Of a DNA stretch of 64,000 bases, positions 27,715 to 39,738 are shown piece after piece. This DNA is from Nemertoderma westbladi (Eukaryota; Animalia; Xenacoelomorpha). The stretch lies in assembly GCA_032718475.1 (NCBI GenBank), contig JAUCBJ010004729.1:1-64000 (forward strand). The letters run 5' to 3'. The notes beneath the pieces are model-generated. The model ran no database searches. It was not told the origin of the DNA and worked only from the letters and a program-made list of their open reading frames with translations. Position 1 is the stretch's first letter; every line of letters starts with the position of its first letter. Made by a program: the position numbers and the translations under genes.

Positions 27715-28082
27715 CATGTTGTGAACCACCTATCGTCATTCCCATTGCCAACTATTTGGGAACATCATATACAATGGATGAAGCTAACTTTACTAAGCCT
27801 GGTAGTGAAGGCTGGTTGGTAAAAGGTACCCTTGCTGAAAGTCATATCACTCTGCAACCTGCGGCCCCTGATGGAAGTAACTCTCCAGCTGTTTATACAA
27901 TCCGCGCCATTGAAGTTCGAATAAGAAACCCAGCACAATCATCTAGGAGGCTTAAATTGCGATTACTGTATACTTTCAGAGAAGATGACAAATACTTTGA
28001 ATTCGGCAGTGGTGATCCTTCAACAGTAATACCTGCACCACCAATTGCTACTCCAACATCAGAACTGGCAAGCCTTGTCAAG
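27715..28082 (+). CDS. Module 2 exon C
   Basis: Copy of 13044-13411 (F>L, G>S); same splice sites. Confidence 0.88.
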
Positions 28083-28838
28083 GTTGGTAGTATTTTTATT
28101 TTTGTCAACAACCACACATTGCAGATGCATTCATTTAAAAGATTAACATACCATTTCCCCTGTCTTAAAAAGATCTAAAATAATCTATTACATTATGATA
28201 TGTATGCAACACACATGCAACAACACATTTTAATATTCTGTTAAAAATATTGTTGTGTAGCATTATTGTTTTGTTAAAAATATTGTTGTGTAGCATTATT
28301 GTTGTGTTAAAAATAGTGTGGTGTTGCACTCCAGATGGAACTTCACATTTTGGTGTCTCAGGAATCTAAAATTGAGTGAAATTTTTTTGCGCTACTAAAT
28401 ATCGTCTGGGGTGATTAAGAATAGCCAAACCAATTATGTTAAAATTTGACACCATTATTGCCATCTGTAATGGCCAAATGTGCCTTTTTGAGCAAAAGGA
28501 TATATTTTCTAACAATATTCTATCAAATTTGTCGAAATTTTAAATATAGTTATAGAAAGCATCCATTTATTCTGATTATTTATTGCAAAAAGTAGACTGG
28601 AGCCATTTTAGAACTAAAAGGGGGGGAATAGTAGTTTGGTGGATTTTTGCCTTTATTGGTCAATAATAAAGTCAATAAAGGCGTCACATGACTGCTCCTT
28701 GAGCAGTTTTAGCGAAAATTGTTGTTAAGTTTTACTGACAATGGTATTCTGAACATGTGTACCAAATTGTTTACTCATTTCAGTTAAAATTGGTGTAGAA
28801 ATAAAATAGCCTTTTTCGTGAAGAAAGGTCATTCTGAG

Positions 28839-30076
28839 TGTTCACGCTTTCAGACCTTTGGCAGTTTAACCCGCCAAATTAGGATGTCTTCTAGATAATA
28901 AATCGCTTTAGCCTCTAACAAATATTTGATTCACTACACTAGTTGAAACCAATCTGTGCGCGATCATTCACCCGTTGGATATACCCGGGAGATTGATTTC
29001 GACAGCTTAATCTTATTGCTATGTAAGCCTAATGTATTATTCGACTGACAGTATTATATAATCTCTGACAATATTATTCACCTTCGGGGAATATTAACAG
29101 TTCCTTTAGGACGTGTCGCTCTATCTATATAAACAGAGTTATGACTTAAACTACTCACAACGATATGGCTTAGTTATAATTCACATATATGTCGCATTCT
29201 TTAGGAAATGCTTCTTTATCAGTTTCACTCATACACAATGCTGCACAATACTGCACACTAATCTGCCGATCTTCACTGATTTTAGTCACATATAAAAGGA
29301 ACACGGACCGAATCATGTAGGGTCTATCAAATAACATTAGATTCACTTCAAACCACTTTAACATAAGTCACAATCATTATATGTAACCCTTCTCTCTTAC
29401 CTTCGGTATATCAAGAATATTGGGTTTTCGGGGTTATTTCTCGTTATTCCAATATAATAATTCATCAACAAATATAATGAATAACCGACAGCAAAATCAG
29501 TAAAGTTAAGGTATAAATGATTTGGTATGGTATGCCGCATTTATGGATGTTATGCAGGTCGATAAAGGATATATGTCCTTATAATTAAGCCTACTAGTGT
29601 AAGGCTAAAGCAGAAAAGCACAAAATACTCTAAAGCCGTTCTTCCTGGCTTAGAATCACTAACAACACTGATAAGAATAACTATAAGAATACCAGCTACC
29701 CTTATTCCACGAAGCTCCCGTTCAACACAGAGAAAGAGCAGTGAGATAGGAAAATTCAGTTCAGTAGCTCTGTGATAGGTCAAAATCAAAGCTAACTCAA
29801 ATTCTATTGGCAGATACAGAAAGCTGCAACGTGGCAATATCAGCCGTTAGCCGTCGTCATGGTAGCGACACTGTTTTCAAGAGTATCGAGCTTTTTACGT
29901 CATGAAATTGCAGATTATGTCCTCTAAAGTACAAATACAGTTCAAATACAGAAGAAATGACTTTTATGTCCTCTAAAACACCAGTACAGCAAGGACACGG
30001 CCTTTTTATGCCTGGCAAACCAACTACAGAGTACTTTAAGGGAAAATAACCGGTTAATGACGCAAAAGCTTTTACA
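28839..30076 (-). repeat. 3' LTR (1238 bp)
   Basis: Near-identical to 39739-40980. Confidence 0.93.
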
Positions 30077-30179
30077 CCGCTCCCAGAAAATGGGATTTAA
30101 GTCTATAAAATATAACAAATCACAGTTTCTAAAATATAAAGATACTCTAAACAGTTAGTCTTTCTTACGCAGACGGCGT

Positions 30180-31750
30180 TTACGCAGTTTTTGAGGCTAG
30201 CAAGAGTCCTTTTCTCTTTGGGGCGAGCCACTTTACTAGGAGGGCTATAAATCCTGGGTGAAGGGTGCAATATGATTGCATCAGAAGGTGTAGGATTATG
30301 GTCGGGGTATCCGCCGTTTCGATATGCTTCTCCTCGAGCTGATTTTCCTCCGCTCGTAGCTGGATACGTTCATCCAAAAACTCTCGCAGAGAATGGGGTT
30401 GCCTAAGTTCGATATCTTCTTAGAGATTCTGGATTTTACAATCGAACTGAGATAAAGACAATTCGTTTATCGCTTGGACTTGCTGTTACAACTTACGTTT
30501 ATCTGAACAAACGCAGGTTTCCTTTCTGATCTTTGTAGAATAGCGTTTAACTCGTTTGTACAACGCTCTCCTTCACCTTGATGAAGTGTTGTATCGCGTT
30601 AAACGGGAACGACCATATGGTTGGATAGTGATATTAGGTGTCCGCGTCACAATCCGGCTAGGTAAGATGGGCGACTAGCTAGAAATCACTGTCGGAGTGT
30701 TACCGATTAATTGTTAGGGTAGCACTAGATCTTTGAACAGTGAATACAGTCCGCGAGGATCCGCGACACCACCAGGATCGCAGGTCTGAGGTCCAACTAA
30801 GGAATGAGGAGGTTTGACCGAGTATTCCGGGACTCTGATCGTAGGTTTACTCCAGGATCGTTCGAGCCGAGTGAGCATAGGTGGTACGTCAAACAAGTTT
30901 CGCTCGAAACTCCAGTAAATATAACGAGCACAACTGTGTTTAACACAACGTTTCCGTGGATGTTTATGTCTTTCCGTTTCTTGGCTGGGTCTAGGGCATT
31001 TATCGTAATAATACCAAAGACGCACGTCTGGTAGGGTAAACGCGAGTGATCTTTCTCCAGCTTACAATATTCCTCCATCCGTTCGAAGATATCCGGTACA
31101 ACAGGTAGCGATCGATCAGCGGTAAGATACATCATAGTGGAATAGAGCCGTTTGAGTTCTACCATGCGGTCATGATGTATACCTTGAGGATATCGAGTTT
31201 CTAGATTCTGTTGACTGGTAATATCGAGATAGGTTTCTCTCAAGAATTCCAGGTATTTGGTGGAGTCGCTGCGTTTATCCGGCATTTCGACATCTGCACT
31301 TTCAAGTCGGTTTCGAATAGAATTTTCGTGTTCGAGTCTCAGTTTATCGTTCCGCTTCCGCTGGGTATGATATTTAAATAAACCATTTCCCTTTGGTGTC
31401 TATATCGTTCGTATCGTGTAGGTCGATAGGATGACCAGTAGTTAAGAAGTCCATATACGTACCATTACGATGCGTATAGTGAGCGATGAATTTTCTACAG
31501 TCTAACCCACGCGCAAGTTGCTCCCGGGACATTGGCGGTTAGATATAACGACCATCGTCCTCCGTAGTAGTTGGACCAGCGTCGCCGCGTATCAAGCTAT
31601 CATCAAACGCTTGTAAAGGTAGAGTATATCGCTCCCCGATACCAAGACCATCTTCTATCAACTCCGTCATATCTGCTATATATGAGTTTATCCATATTAT
31701 AATGAGTTTATATTTAGGCGAGCGGGCGTCGCTGCCTACCCCAATCAACC
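30180..31750 (-). pseudogene. Disrupted extra ORF of unknown function in the LTR element's 3' region
   Basis: Same-strand ORF pieces 31539-31748, 30797-31285 (open upstream to about 31390) and 30180-30377, separated by stops and frameshifts. Confidence 0.4.
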
Positions 31751-33318
31751 CCCAGACAGTACGAGATCCTCAGCGCCGATGTGTCGTCGCCGCTGTACTT
31801 TCGCCAACGACGTAGCCGCACAACGACAACGACAACCGGCACAAGTCACTCGACTGTCCGTCCCAAAGGCTTAGATGTACTTCAGGTTTTCCTTGGAGAG
31901 TTAGGTTACTTTTACGATTGCGACTAGCTACTGTAAACACACCTTAGCAGTAACATTCACCTATAAACTCACAAATACCACACAACTGGTCACAACTACA
32001 CACATTCGGGCCATTTGTCCGTTAGTCAATGCCTTCCAGAATGTCACTGTATTATTATGTATCCTTGGATACTAGTAGTGCGCTATTTATTCCCTATGCT
32101 ATTCAATGGGACAAGCTTTCTATTGTTCTTTTAACTCAATTCTAATTCTAGCGTGGTTGTTGCTATGGTGACATTATGCAAAGCTAGCGGTAGAATTAGG
32201 GTAATTCCAATGCATACAGATCTGGGATGTTATTTAATAGTAATTCTTTAATGGTCAATGTCCTGTTTTATACATGACTTTATGAATTTTATCGGCTATT
32301 GACTATGTTTGGGAGACTTTCGCACACTCATACGCATAATAAGATAAATCTCCGCTCCCTTGATCTATTAATTAATGGAATTTTGGGAATGTTATAAATT
32401 GCGTAAAAATGGCAATTTATTAAATTCATTAAAAGGTATGAATTTAAATTTATTCCCTGAAATTTTATTATTTGATAATTAAATTGACATATTTTGATTC
32501 TAGAACATGTCTGGGGACACAAGATCCTTAATTCTATGACAATTGTCTTTTTAAGAATATCGGTAAATGCTACGATATCTTAATTGACTAGAATTGCTGA
32601 AGGATCTGAATTTTACAGATTTTGATTTATTAGATTTGCAAATATTAAATAATTAATATTTGAGATGGGCACCGATTTATTCCAGAACTTGTCTGGGGAC
32701 GTTAACCACTGATTCTAGAATTTGTCTTTCAAGTATATCGGTGGGTGCCGCGATATCTTAATCGACTAGAATTACAGATGGTCAAAGGGTTTAACAGATT
32801 TATTTTGCGTTATACGCTACTGTTAAAGGGACATCACGCTACTATATGTATTATTTAATATACGGTATGAGAGCAATATCGCACGAAGCAATGTCAGTGT
32901 GAAGAGGCAAGTCGTTTCCAAGGTCTACCCAGAGCTTGGTTTAGCCGAGACACGAGGATCTGAACTTTGCATTCCTAATACTCTGCCTACCAATAATACT
33001 TAAATATAGTAGTGGCTTTATTGTACTTTAATAAGTACGGACATTTCATCTTACTGTAGTTACGTATTTATAATATAATACGGACAGTAAGGAAAGAGAA
33101 AAATAATTATTTCTTCGCCGTCGCACTAAATATAATATAAGTAATTACGTACGTAATAAACACGAATATATTGCACTATTCTACAAAATAATCGCTAAAT
33201 AATATTCTACTAAATTAAATAAAACGATTATAATAAAATTACATAGTAATACATACATAAATATAAAAATAATAAAATAATATAAAATAATAGAGTCACA
33301 CACCCACTCCATATGTTG

Positions 33319-36300
33319 TTACGTTATGGAGTCCCTAGATGTTTGAAGGATTAGGGAGGTGGTCGTGGGAAGAGAATCTTGCCTTCCACAGTTTCCGGAG
33401 AGTCCTCCATTCCCTTCCGGTAAACACAAACGACCAGCTGGGCGATTGAGTCGCTGCATCCCGAATACAATTCCAGGTTTCCTCTTCGTCCTGGAATAGT
33501 GACGATAGAAACATCGCTCTAGGTACACGACGGCCTTACAAAGCCTATTCCAGGAGCTATAGTGGTCCGTCGCTCCCTGCATGAGAGGTGAGAGTCCCTG
33601 CGAGACGTCTGATGTTCCAGAGCTCCAATCGCTCTCTCTGATCTTCATGAAGGATCCACTCGCGGTGGGGAGGTCCAGATCCACGGCGTCGTCCCTGGCA
33701 ATATGTAATACCGACAGATCTATCCCGGGTTCAAATAACTCCGCTCCACCCGTCCGGGTTTTTGGTTTGACTTTCTCCGCTCCCTTGGCTGGTCTAATCT
33801 CAGTCGGAGTAAGATGGGGAGGCCATTCATCCTCCTTACTCAGGAAGTCGGGTTCACCTAACCGGTCTGTAGTATCTGTCAGTTCTTGAGGAGTTGCTCC
33901 TCTGGAAGCGATGTCAGTTGTATTCATCGTCTTGGGGCAATATCTCCATTGATCTACATTGGAGTTAAGATTGTCATTATCTGAGGAGTGTGGTGTTCCC
34001 TCAGTTGGGTCGTCTCCCTCACTAGTATCATCTTCCCATTCACTCACCTGGCGGACGCGATCTTGAAGCAGTCTTTCTCTGAGCGTTCTTCGGGAAGGTC
34101 CAGTAAGGTACCAACCTACTCTAGTTCTTACCGCATAGGTCTGTAGTGGCTGCGGTTGAGCAGGTCGTTTCTCTAATGTCTCCAGCGCCTCATGCGCGTT
34201 TTGGCCGATGAGTATTTGCACTCCAGGATAATCAGTCTGGAATCGAGGTATGTTAAGATGTTGGATGCTCTCATCCTCGTCCCAATTATAAAGGTCTGCT
34301 TGAGTAGTAGCGAAGTTCTTTATAGCCACCATTTTCACTGACCTTATACTGTATTCTCCTAGTTTATCCTGTGGGGTGGACAACTCACCTATATAATAGT
34401 CGGCAGCTACAGTAGAATTCCAAACCTGCATGATCCCTGACATGTTTAGCTTGGTTCGGAACTTGGGTTGTCCAGCAAAGATGACTTCGGCTAGTTCTTT
34501 ATCGATGAATGTTCCTGTGCTACCGGAGTCCAGGAGGGCGTTCACTATATAGCTCTTCTGAGGTCCGTGGACCCGTAACTGGACTACAGGAAATTCTCGG
34601 ATTCCTATATTGGAAGTTGGCGCTTTCCAAGATGGTTGTTGATCGGAAGTAGTTAAGGTAAGGTCGCTGTCTGTGTCTTTCTCGTACACGAGTGTTCGAT
34701 ACACTGCGGTGGTGTTTATTAGGTAACAGGATTCGTTTTGGTCGGAGAACTCGTCCGTATAGAATCCTTCCATCTCAGATTGATCAGTGTCGTTCACATC
34801 ACTGAATTGGACATGTAGTTCGGACTCACTTACCTGACTCGGGCTGTTTCGTTCGAATTCCGTGTGCAACAAGATATGATGTTTTGCGCCGCACTTTGCA
34901 CACCTTGCGTCGGAGTTACAGGTTCGCCGTTGGTGTCCTCGTCTGAGGCAATTATAACACAACCGCTTATCCCACATGACTTCACGTCTATCCTTTAGTG
35001 ATTTCCTCAGGAATTTATCACATGCATTTAAACGGTGGGGCCCGTCGCACAGCACACATTTGGGCTTGATGTTACTTACTTTAACATGTGCTGTGTGGTG
35101 CACACTTGTTCTTTCCTCGGGCTTTCTCACCTGAATTCTTTTAGGAGACGTAGGAGGGGTTTTTTGTACCGGTTCCCTTCTGTCATTGGGTCGAGACTTG
35201 GGTTTACTTACCTGATCTTTAGGCATTTTATTGACATAAGATCTGTCAGTGTCTTTCCCGCTGTCCTCTCCTTGAGAAGTTTGGCTTTCACCGTCGTCGG
35301 TATAACATACTGGTATTACCCTTCTCCTAGAAACGGGTTTCTCACTTACCTTACTTTCCGCTGTCTTCTCTCTGGACTGCTTTATGAGCTGTAATTTCAC
35401 CTCGCTATCCAGGAATGACATGAGATCAGCCATGGTAGGGTCTCGTTGTTGTTGTTCCATCATATATAACACCTTCTTGTCCCAGCGTGTACCTACTCCA
35501 CCCTTGGGCAAAGTAGATGCTAAGGCTCCTACAACCATAGAATTCTGGTATTCATGAGACTTACCTAACCAATCTAGTTGTCTACAGATCTCCTGAATCT
35601 CATCGGAAAACTCTATAATCCCGCTGCTAAGAAACTTTCGGGGCGCTACTAACTTTGCATACAAGTACCCAGCGATATTATTCCTATTACCATACCTGAT
35701 GTTTAGTGTATCCCAAACTTGTCTTAATCCGTCTGGATGTCCAATAAACTTTAACGCCATTAACTTGGGAGATCCCTCCAAGCACTCGATGAGGTATCTA
35801 AGTTTTTCTCCATTAGATAGTACAGAGTTCTGTATGTTATCTTTGTAATATTCATTAAAAGGTAACCATTTCATCTCATCTCCATTGAACTTGACGATCT
35901 CTCCAACCTTTACCGCTTGCCGGGCTTCGGTTCTAGCCATTTGACGCGTAAAACTTTCTTGGGCCATCGTGTTATTTAATATCGAATTATCGGTATATAA
36001 ATTTCTCGGATTATGATCCGGTCTATAGGGAATATCATTATCAACAGGTCTATAATTACCCTTAATAGGGTTCACTATAGGAGTTTCTACTTCGCTAGCA
36101 GTATAGATGCGTGTAGGCTCCACACCTTGCGCATGAGATACTTCAGACCTAACGGGTTGATACATTGTTACAGAGGGTGGTGGTATACCCTTTTTTAAGT
36201 TTACTAATTTATCGCGTTCTAACGCGATACTTTGCTGCACTTCTTGCAACTCTAACTTACTTTCCCTCACTGTTCCTTTTAAATGTTGGACAGTCCCTTC

Positions 36301-37482
36301 CAACTCTCGGACCTGTTGGGAAGAGCGTATCCGATTCTCCTTCATCTCTCCTAGGAGAATATCCATCCCCCGCCGTCTCTCGTCTACCCAATCAACCGCC
36401 GAAACGGGATCCGCCAACGTCGTAGCGGGCAAACGAGGGACAACGGGCGACAAATTTGGAATATTTCGCTCGGGGTCCAGGACCTGAACTGTCTCCTGGG
36501 CAGTTCTACGGGGCACAGGTAGCTTAGTGCTATGCAGAGGGAATTTATAGGTAGCTTCAGGGAGCACAGGTGTATCTATTACCGAAGGGGTGATTTCAAG
36601 AACAGGCCTACTTATTACAGGCTCATCTACTATAGTAGGGAGTCTTTCTATTGTAATTATTTGGTCTGTGGGTTCTGTACTCTCTAAGTTGGTGTTATTT
36701 AGTTGCCTTCTAACAGCTGGAGGCAAATCAGGCAATTTCTGACGGTGGAATGTTCTTTTACGTCTGCTTAGGCGGGATCGATTTCCTCCGCCTTCAGTGT
36801 CGGTGGTATCGCCTTCCTCAGATGATGTATAACCTTGTCGTTTGGGAGTAGATCGATTCATCATCTGCATATTACTAGCTGTTAACTGTTTATTAAAGTT
36901 ATCTTGCCTCTCTTGAAGATTTTCCAACTCTAGTTGGGTTGTCTCTTCAGATGCCCTCCATTCTGCTTCTGCCACTGCTATCTTTCTTTCCGCTTCTGCA
37001 GCTGCCGCTTTTGCCTCTGCCGCTGCCGCTTTCCTTTCCGCTTCTACGGCTGCAGCTGCCGCTTTTGCCTCTGCCGCTGCCGCTTTTATTGCTGCAGCTG
37101 CCGCTTTTGCCTCTGCCGCTGCCTCTGCTGCCTTTCTTTCCGCTTCTGCCGCTGCCACTGCCGCTGTTGCTGTCTTTCTATCTACTATACGTTTTTTCCT
37201 TACTTGTTCTTCCTTTTCTCTAGCGATGCGGAGTTGTTCATCGAATTTAGCTTGGTTCGCCGCTAACCTATCCACATCAATCGCATCTAACACAAGTTTG
37301 GCTCCTTCACTATTAGGGCTAAGTCCCTCTAACCTTCTCCTCAACTCGTCATCACCTAAAAAACGTTGATAGTCTGACAGATAGATGTCAATGGCATCCC
37401 TCTTATGCGGTTTCTCTGCTGTCACTTCACTCTCGGTTGTATCTAGTAGACTGTCTGACAGGTTCTGCTTTGCGTCAGACAT
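33319..37482 (-). CDS. BEL/Pao Gag-protease polyprotein lacking RT/RNase H core and integrase
   Basis: Pao-type Gag (KFNGDEMKWLPF...EKLRYLIECLEG), zinc knuckles CVLCDGPHRLNAC, CYNCLRRGHQRRTC and CAKCGAKHHILLH, protease ALLDSGS and RTRVGWYLTGP, followed directly by the RNase H tail motif QWRYCPKTMNTTDIASRG. Confidence 0.87.
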   Translation of the reverse strand: MSDAKQNLSDSLLDTTESEVTAEKPHKRDAIDIYLSDYQRFLGDDELRRRLEGLSPNSEGAKLVLDAIDVDRLAANQAKFDEQLRIAREKEEQVRKKRIVDRKTATAAVAAAEAERKAAEAAAEAKAAAAAIKAAAAEAKAAAAAVEAERKAAAAEAKAAAAEAERKIAVAEAEWRASEETTQLELENLQERQDNFNKQLTASNMQMMNRSTPKRQGYTSSEEGDTTDTEGGGNRSRLSRRKRTFHRQKLPDLPPAVRRQLNNTNLESTEPTDQIITIERLPTIVDEPVISRPVLEITPSVIDTPVLPEATYKFPLHSTKLPVPRRTAQETVQVLDPERNIPNLSPVVPRLPATTLADPVSAVDWVDERRRGMDILLGEMKENRIRSSQQVRELEGTVQHLKGTVRESKLELQEVQQSIALERDKLVNLKKGIPPPSVTMYQPVRSEVSHAQGVEPTRIYTASEVETPIVNPIKGNYRPVDNDIPYRPDHNPRNLYTDNSILNNTMAQESFTRQMARTEARQAVKVGEIVKFNGDEMKWLPFNEYYKDNIQNSVLSNGEKLRYLIECLEGSPKLMALKFIGHPDGLRQVWDTLNIRYGNRNNIAGYLYAKLVAPRKFLSSGIIEFSDEIQEICRQLDWLGKSHEYQNSMVVGALASTLPKGGVGTRWDKKVLYMMEQQQRDPTMADLMSFLDSEVKLQLIKQSREKTAESKVSEKPVSRRRVIPVCYTDDGESQTSQGEDSGKDTDRSYVNKMPKDQVSKPKSRPNDRREPVQKTPPTSPKRIQVRKPEERTSVHHTAHVKVSNIKPKCVLCDGPHRLNACDKFLRKSLKDRREVMWDKRLCYNCLRRGHQRRTCNSDARCAKCGAKHHILLHTEFERNSPSQVSESELHVQFSDVNDTDQSEMEGFYTDEFSDQNESCYLINTTAVYRTLVYEKDTDSDLTLTTSDQQPSWKAPTSNIGIREFPVVQLRVHGPQKSYIVNALLDSGSTGTFIDKELAEVIFAGQPKFRTKLNMSGIMQVWNSTVAADYYIGELSTPQDKLGEYSIRSVKMVAIKNFATTQADLYNWDEDESIQHLNIPRFQTDYPGVQILIGQNAHEALETLEKRPAQPQPLQTYAVRTRVGWYLTGPSRRTLRERLLQDRVRQVSEWEDDTSEGDDPTEGTPHSSDNDNLNSNVDQWRYCPKTMNTTDIASRGATPQELTDTTDRLGEPDFLSKEDEWPPHLTPTEIRPAKGAEKVKPKTRTGGAELFEPGIDLSVLHIARDDAVDLDLPTASGSFMKIRESDWSSGTSDVSQGLSPLMQGATDHYSSWNRLCKAVVYLERCFYRHYSRTKRKPGIVFGMQRLNRPAGRLCLPEGNGGLSGNCGRQDSLPTTTSLILQTSRDSIT

Positions 37483-38798
37483 GCTTATGTGTACAGTTGA
37501 ATGTCTACTGCCGTATTACAGTCTGAGCAAGTCTAGTAACTCAGTATTAACTGCTAGCCTAGTAATTAATTACCGATACTGCTACTCAGTGTAGCGTGAT
37601 ATATATATAATATATTAGAATACCGGGATGCTTATAGTATATATAAGTATTATTACAGACTAGGTTTATCTCAGAATACCGGTATAATTTTAGCACAAAT
37701 ATATATAAATATATAATAGGCCTATCGGGAATACCGGTATACAGCTTACAATTTGTAGTATATATAATTCTGGACTAGAATTAATTACAAGTACCGGTAT
37801 AATTTCAGCCTAAATTTACAGAAATAAAGATAATAGGCCTATCGTAAATACCGGTATATCAATTATTTTAAATAATTGAATTTCTGAATTTTAGGGTTAC
37901 TTGGTTACTTTAACTTACTTTATTACCGTTATTCGAGCAGTAATCCAACTGATATTGAGACCTAATGGTTGTATGGTAGGCCTACTATTTATAAATCGTT
38001 AGATTTGATTTATAATATATATATATACCCGTTTTAATGGGTTTTGTCAATGTTTGAAATAAATGTTATTATTTCTGGGGAGTAATCACTACACAAAGCG
38101 GTGCGCTTTCAGTGAAGTGTTACTTATAGGACACTAAAACAAATAATACTAATTTACCTAAGTTACTTAATACTACAAATTACGTACAATTCGGGTGAGA
38201 TTACAATCTCTAAATAAACACAAAAATTTACAAAAAACACAAAATACTAATTTTTAGGGTAATTTTACAAGAAGTCTACAAACCAGCCTAACAAAGGGTT
38301 AGAAATCTGGTTATTACAACGGACAGGGTACTACGGTATTTGAAAATAATAAGTAGTAGTAAATACACTGCGTTGTCCAGATAGAAAAATACCACCGCCT
38401 GACGACCTATAGCCGTATCGCTATAGGTTCTACGTTATGTATCACGGAGTGTTCCTACCTAGAAGTTAATAGAGCTAATCGAACGTGCCTATTAACCACT
38501 TTACAACACAAATATAATGCCTACACTAATTACTCTCGGAAAGCACTGTACACTAAACCCTAAATTAGGTACGAGTACTTGTACAACAGATAATCAGTAG
38601 TTAAATATACTTGAATAGCTAAAAGAACCACGGCATCTGCTGGAGTGACCGATGCACAAAATCACCAGTCTTTACCTACGCCAAGCAGCCCGTGTAGTAC
38701 CGGGGTTAATTTAACTATAGCGGTATGTATAACAAACACAATTACTGTAGGAACAAACTTGGGGAATGAATGTTGCGAATAATCGCATAAACTCTGAA

Positions 38799-39369
38799 TA
38801 ATAAATATTACGCTACGCGTTCAAACTACTCAAACAAAATGCAGACCGAACACTGACAGACTACTATCAAGCCTAAACAAACTACAGGACATGCAGACTC
38901 CGAAATGATTAGGGAGTATGCGTTCTAACCCAGTAGTACGACTTATTCTTTAGTTGGGGGTTTACCTTACAGCATTCGCTGCCCCCACTTCCTAACCGTA
39001 CTTAATCGGACAGGTGATCTACACACGCTGCAATCCGCTCAGGCCTAATAACAGCCAGACAATTATCCAGCCTACAAATTATCTAAATAAATATTATACG
39101 CTACCCGTACAGACTTACACAAACAAAGTACAGACTAAACGATGGCAGACTACTCTCAAGCCCAAATAAACTACAGGACATGCAGACTCCGAAATGATTA
39201 GGGAGTATGCGTTCTAACCCAGTAGTACGACTTATTCTTTAGTTGGGGGTTTACCTTACAGCATTCGCTGCCCCTACTTCCTAACCGTACTTAATCGGAC
39301 AGGTGATCTACACACACTGCAATCCGTTCGGACCTAACAGCAATCAGACAACAGCTCAGCCTACAAATC
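38799..39369. repeat. About 289-bp tandem duplication in the element's 5' leader
   Basis: ACTACAGGACATGCAGACTCCG... at 38881 and 39170; core near-identical, flanks diverged. Confidence 0.85.
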
Positions 39370-39738
39370 GTCTGTACAATCTGATCAGGTTTACACGCCT
39401 TCTGTTCAATACTAGCCTACAAACAAATAAAACTGACAGAAATAAGTAAGCTCCAAAAGAAACAAGGGGTGTACAGTCCCTAATCTCTTAAACAGCCTAC
39501 CGGTTTACAACAATCAAGTCGAATAATACTAATGTACTTATACGGAAAGTACCGGTTAGGACAGTTAGGCCTACCGACCTACTGAAGTACCGATTCTGGC
39601 AGTTGGACCTGCGGGCCTATGGCAGTACCGGTTCTGGCAGTTGGGCCTACTGACCTACAGATGTACCGTTCAGGTTTACCGGTTGACCGGTACTTTCAAC
39701 TTTATTGCTTACTGCAATAAAGAAGCTATATCCTTTAT

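Noticed and set aside
29113-29837. Duplicated short ORFs at 29113-29837 and 40013-41063
   Set aside because: They lie in the two LTRs, so the duplication is explained by LTR identity.
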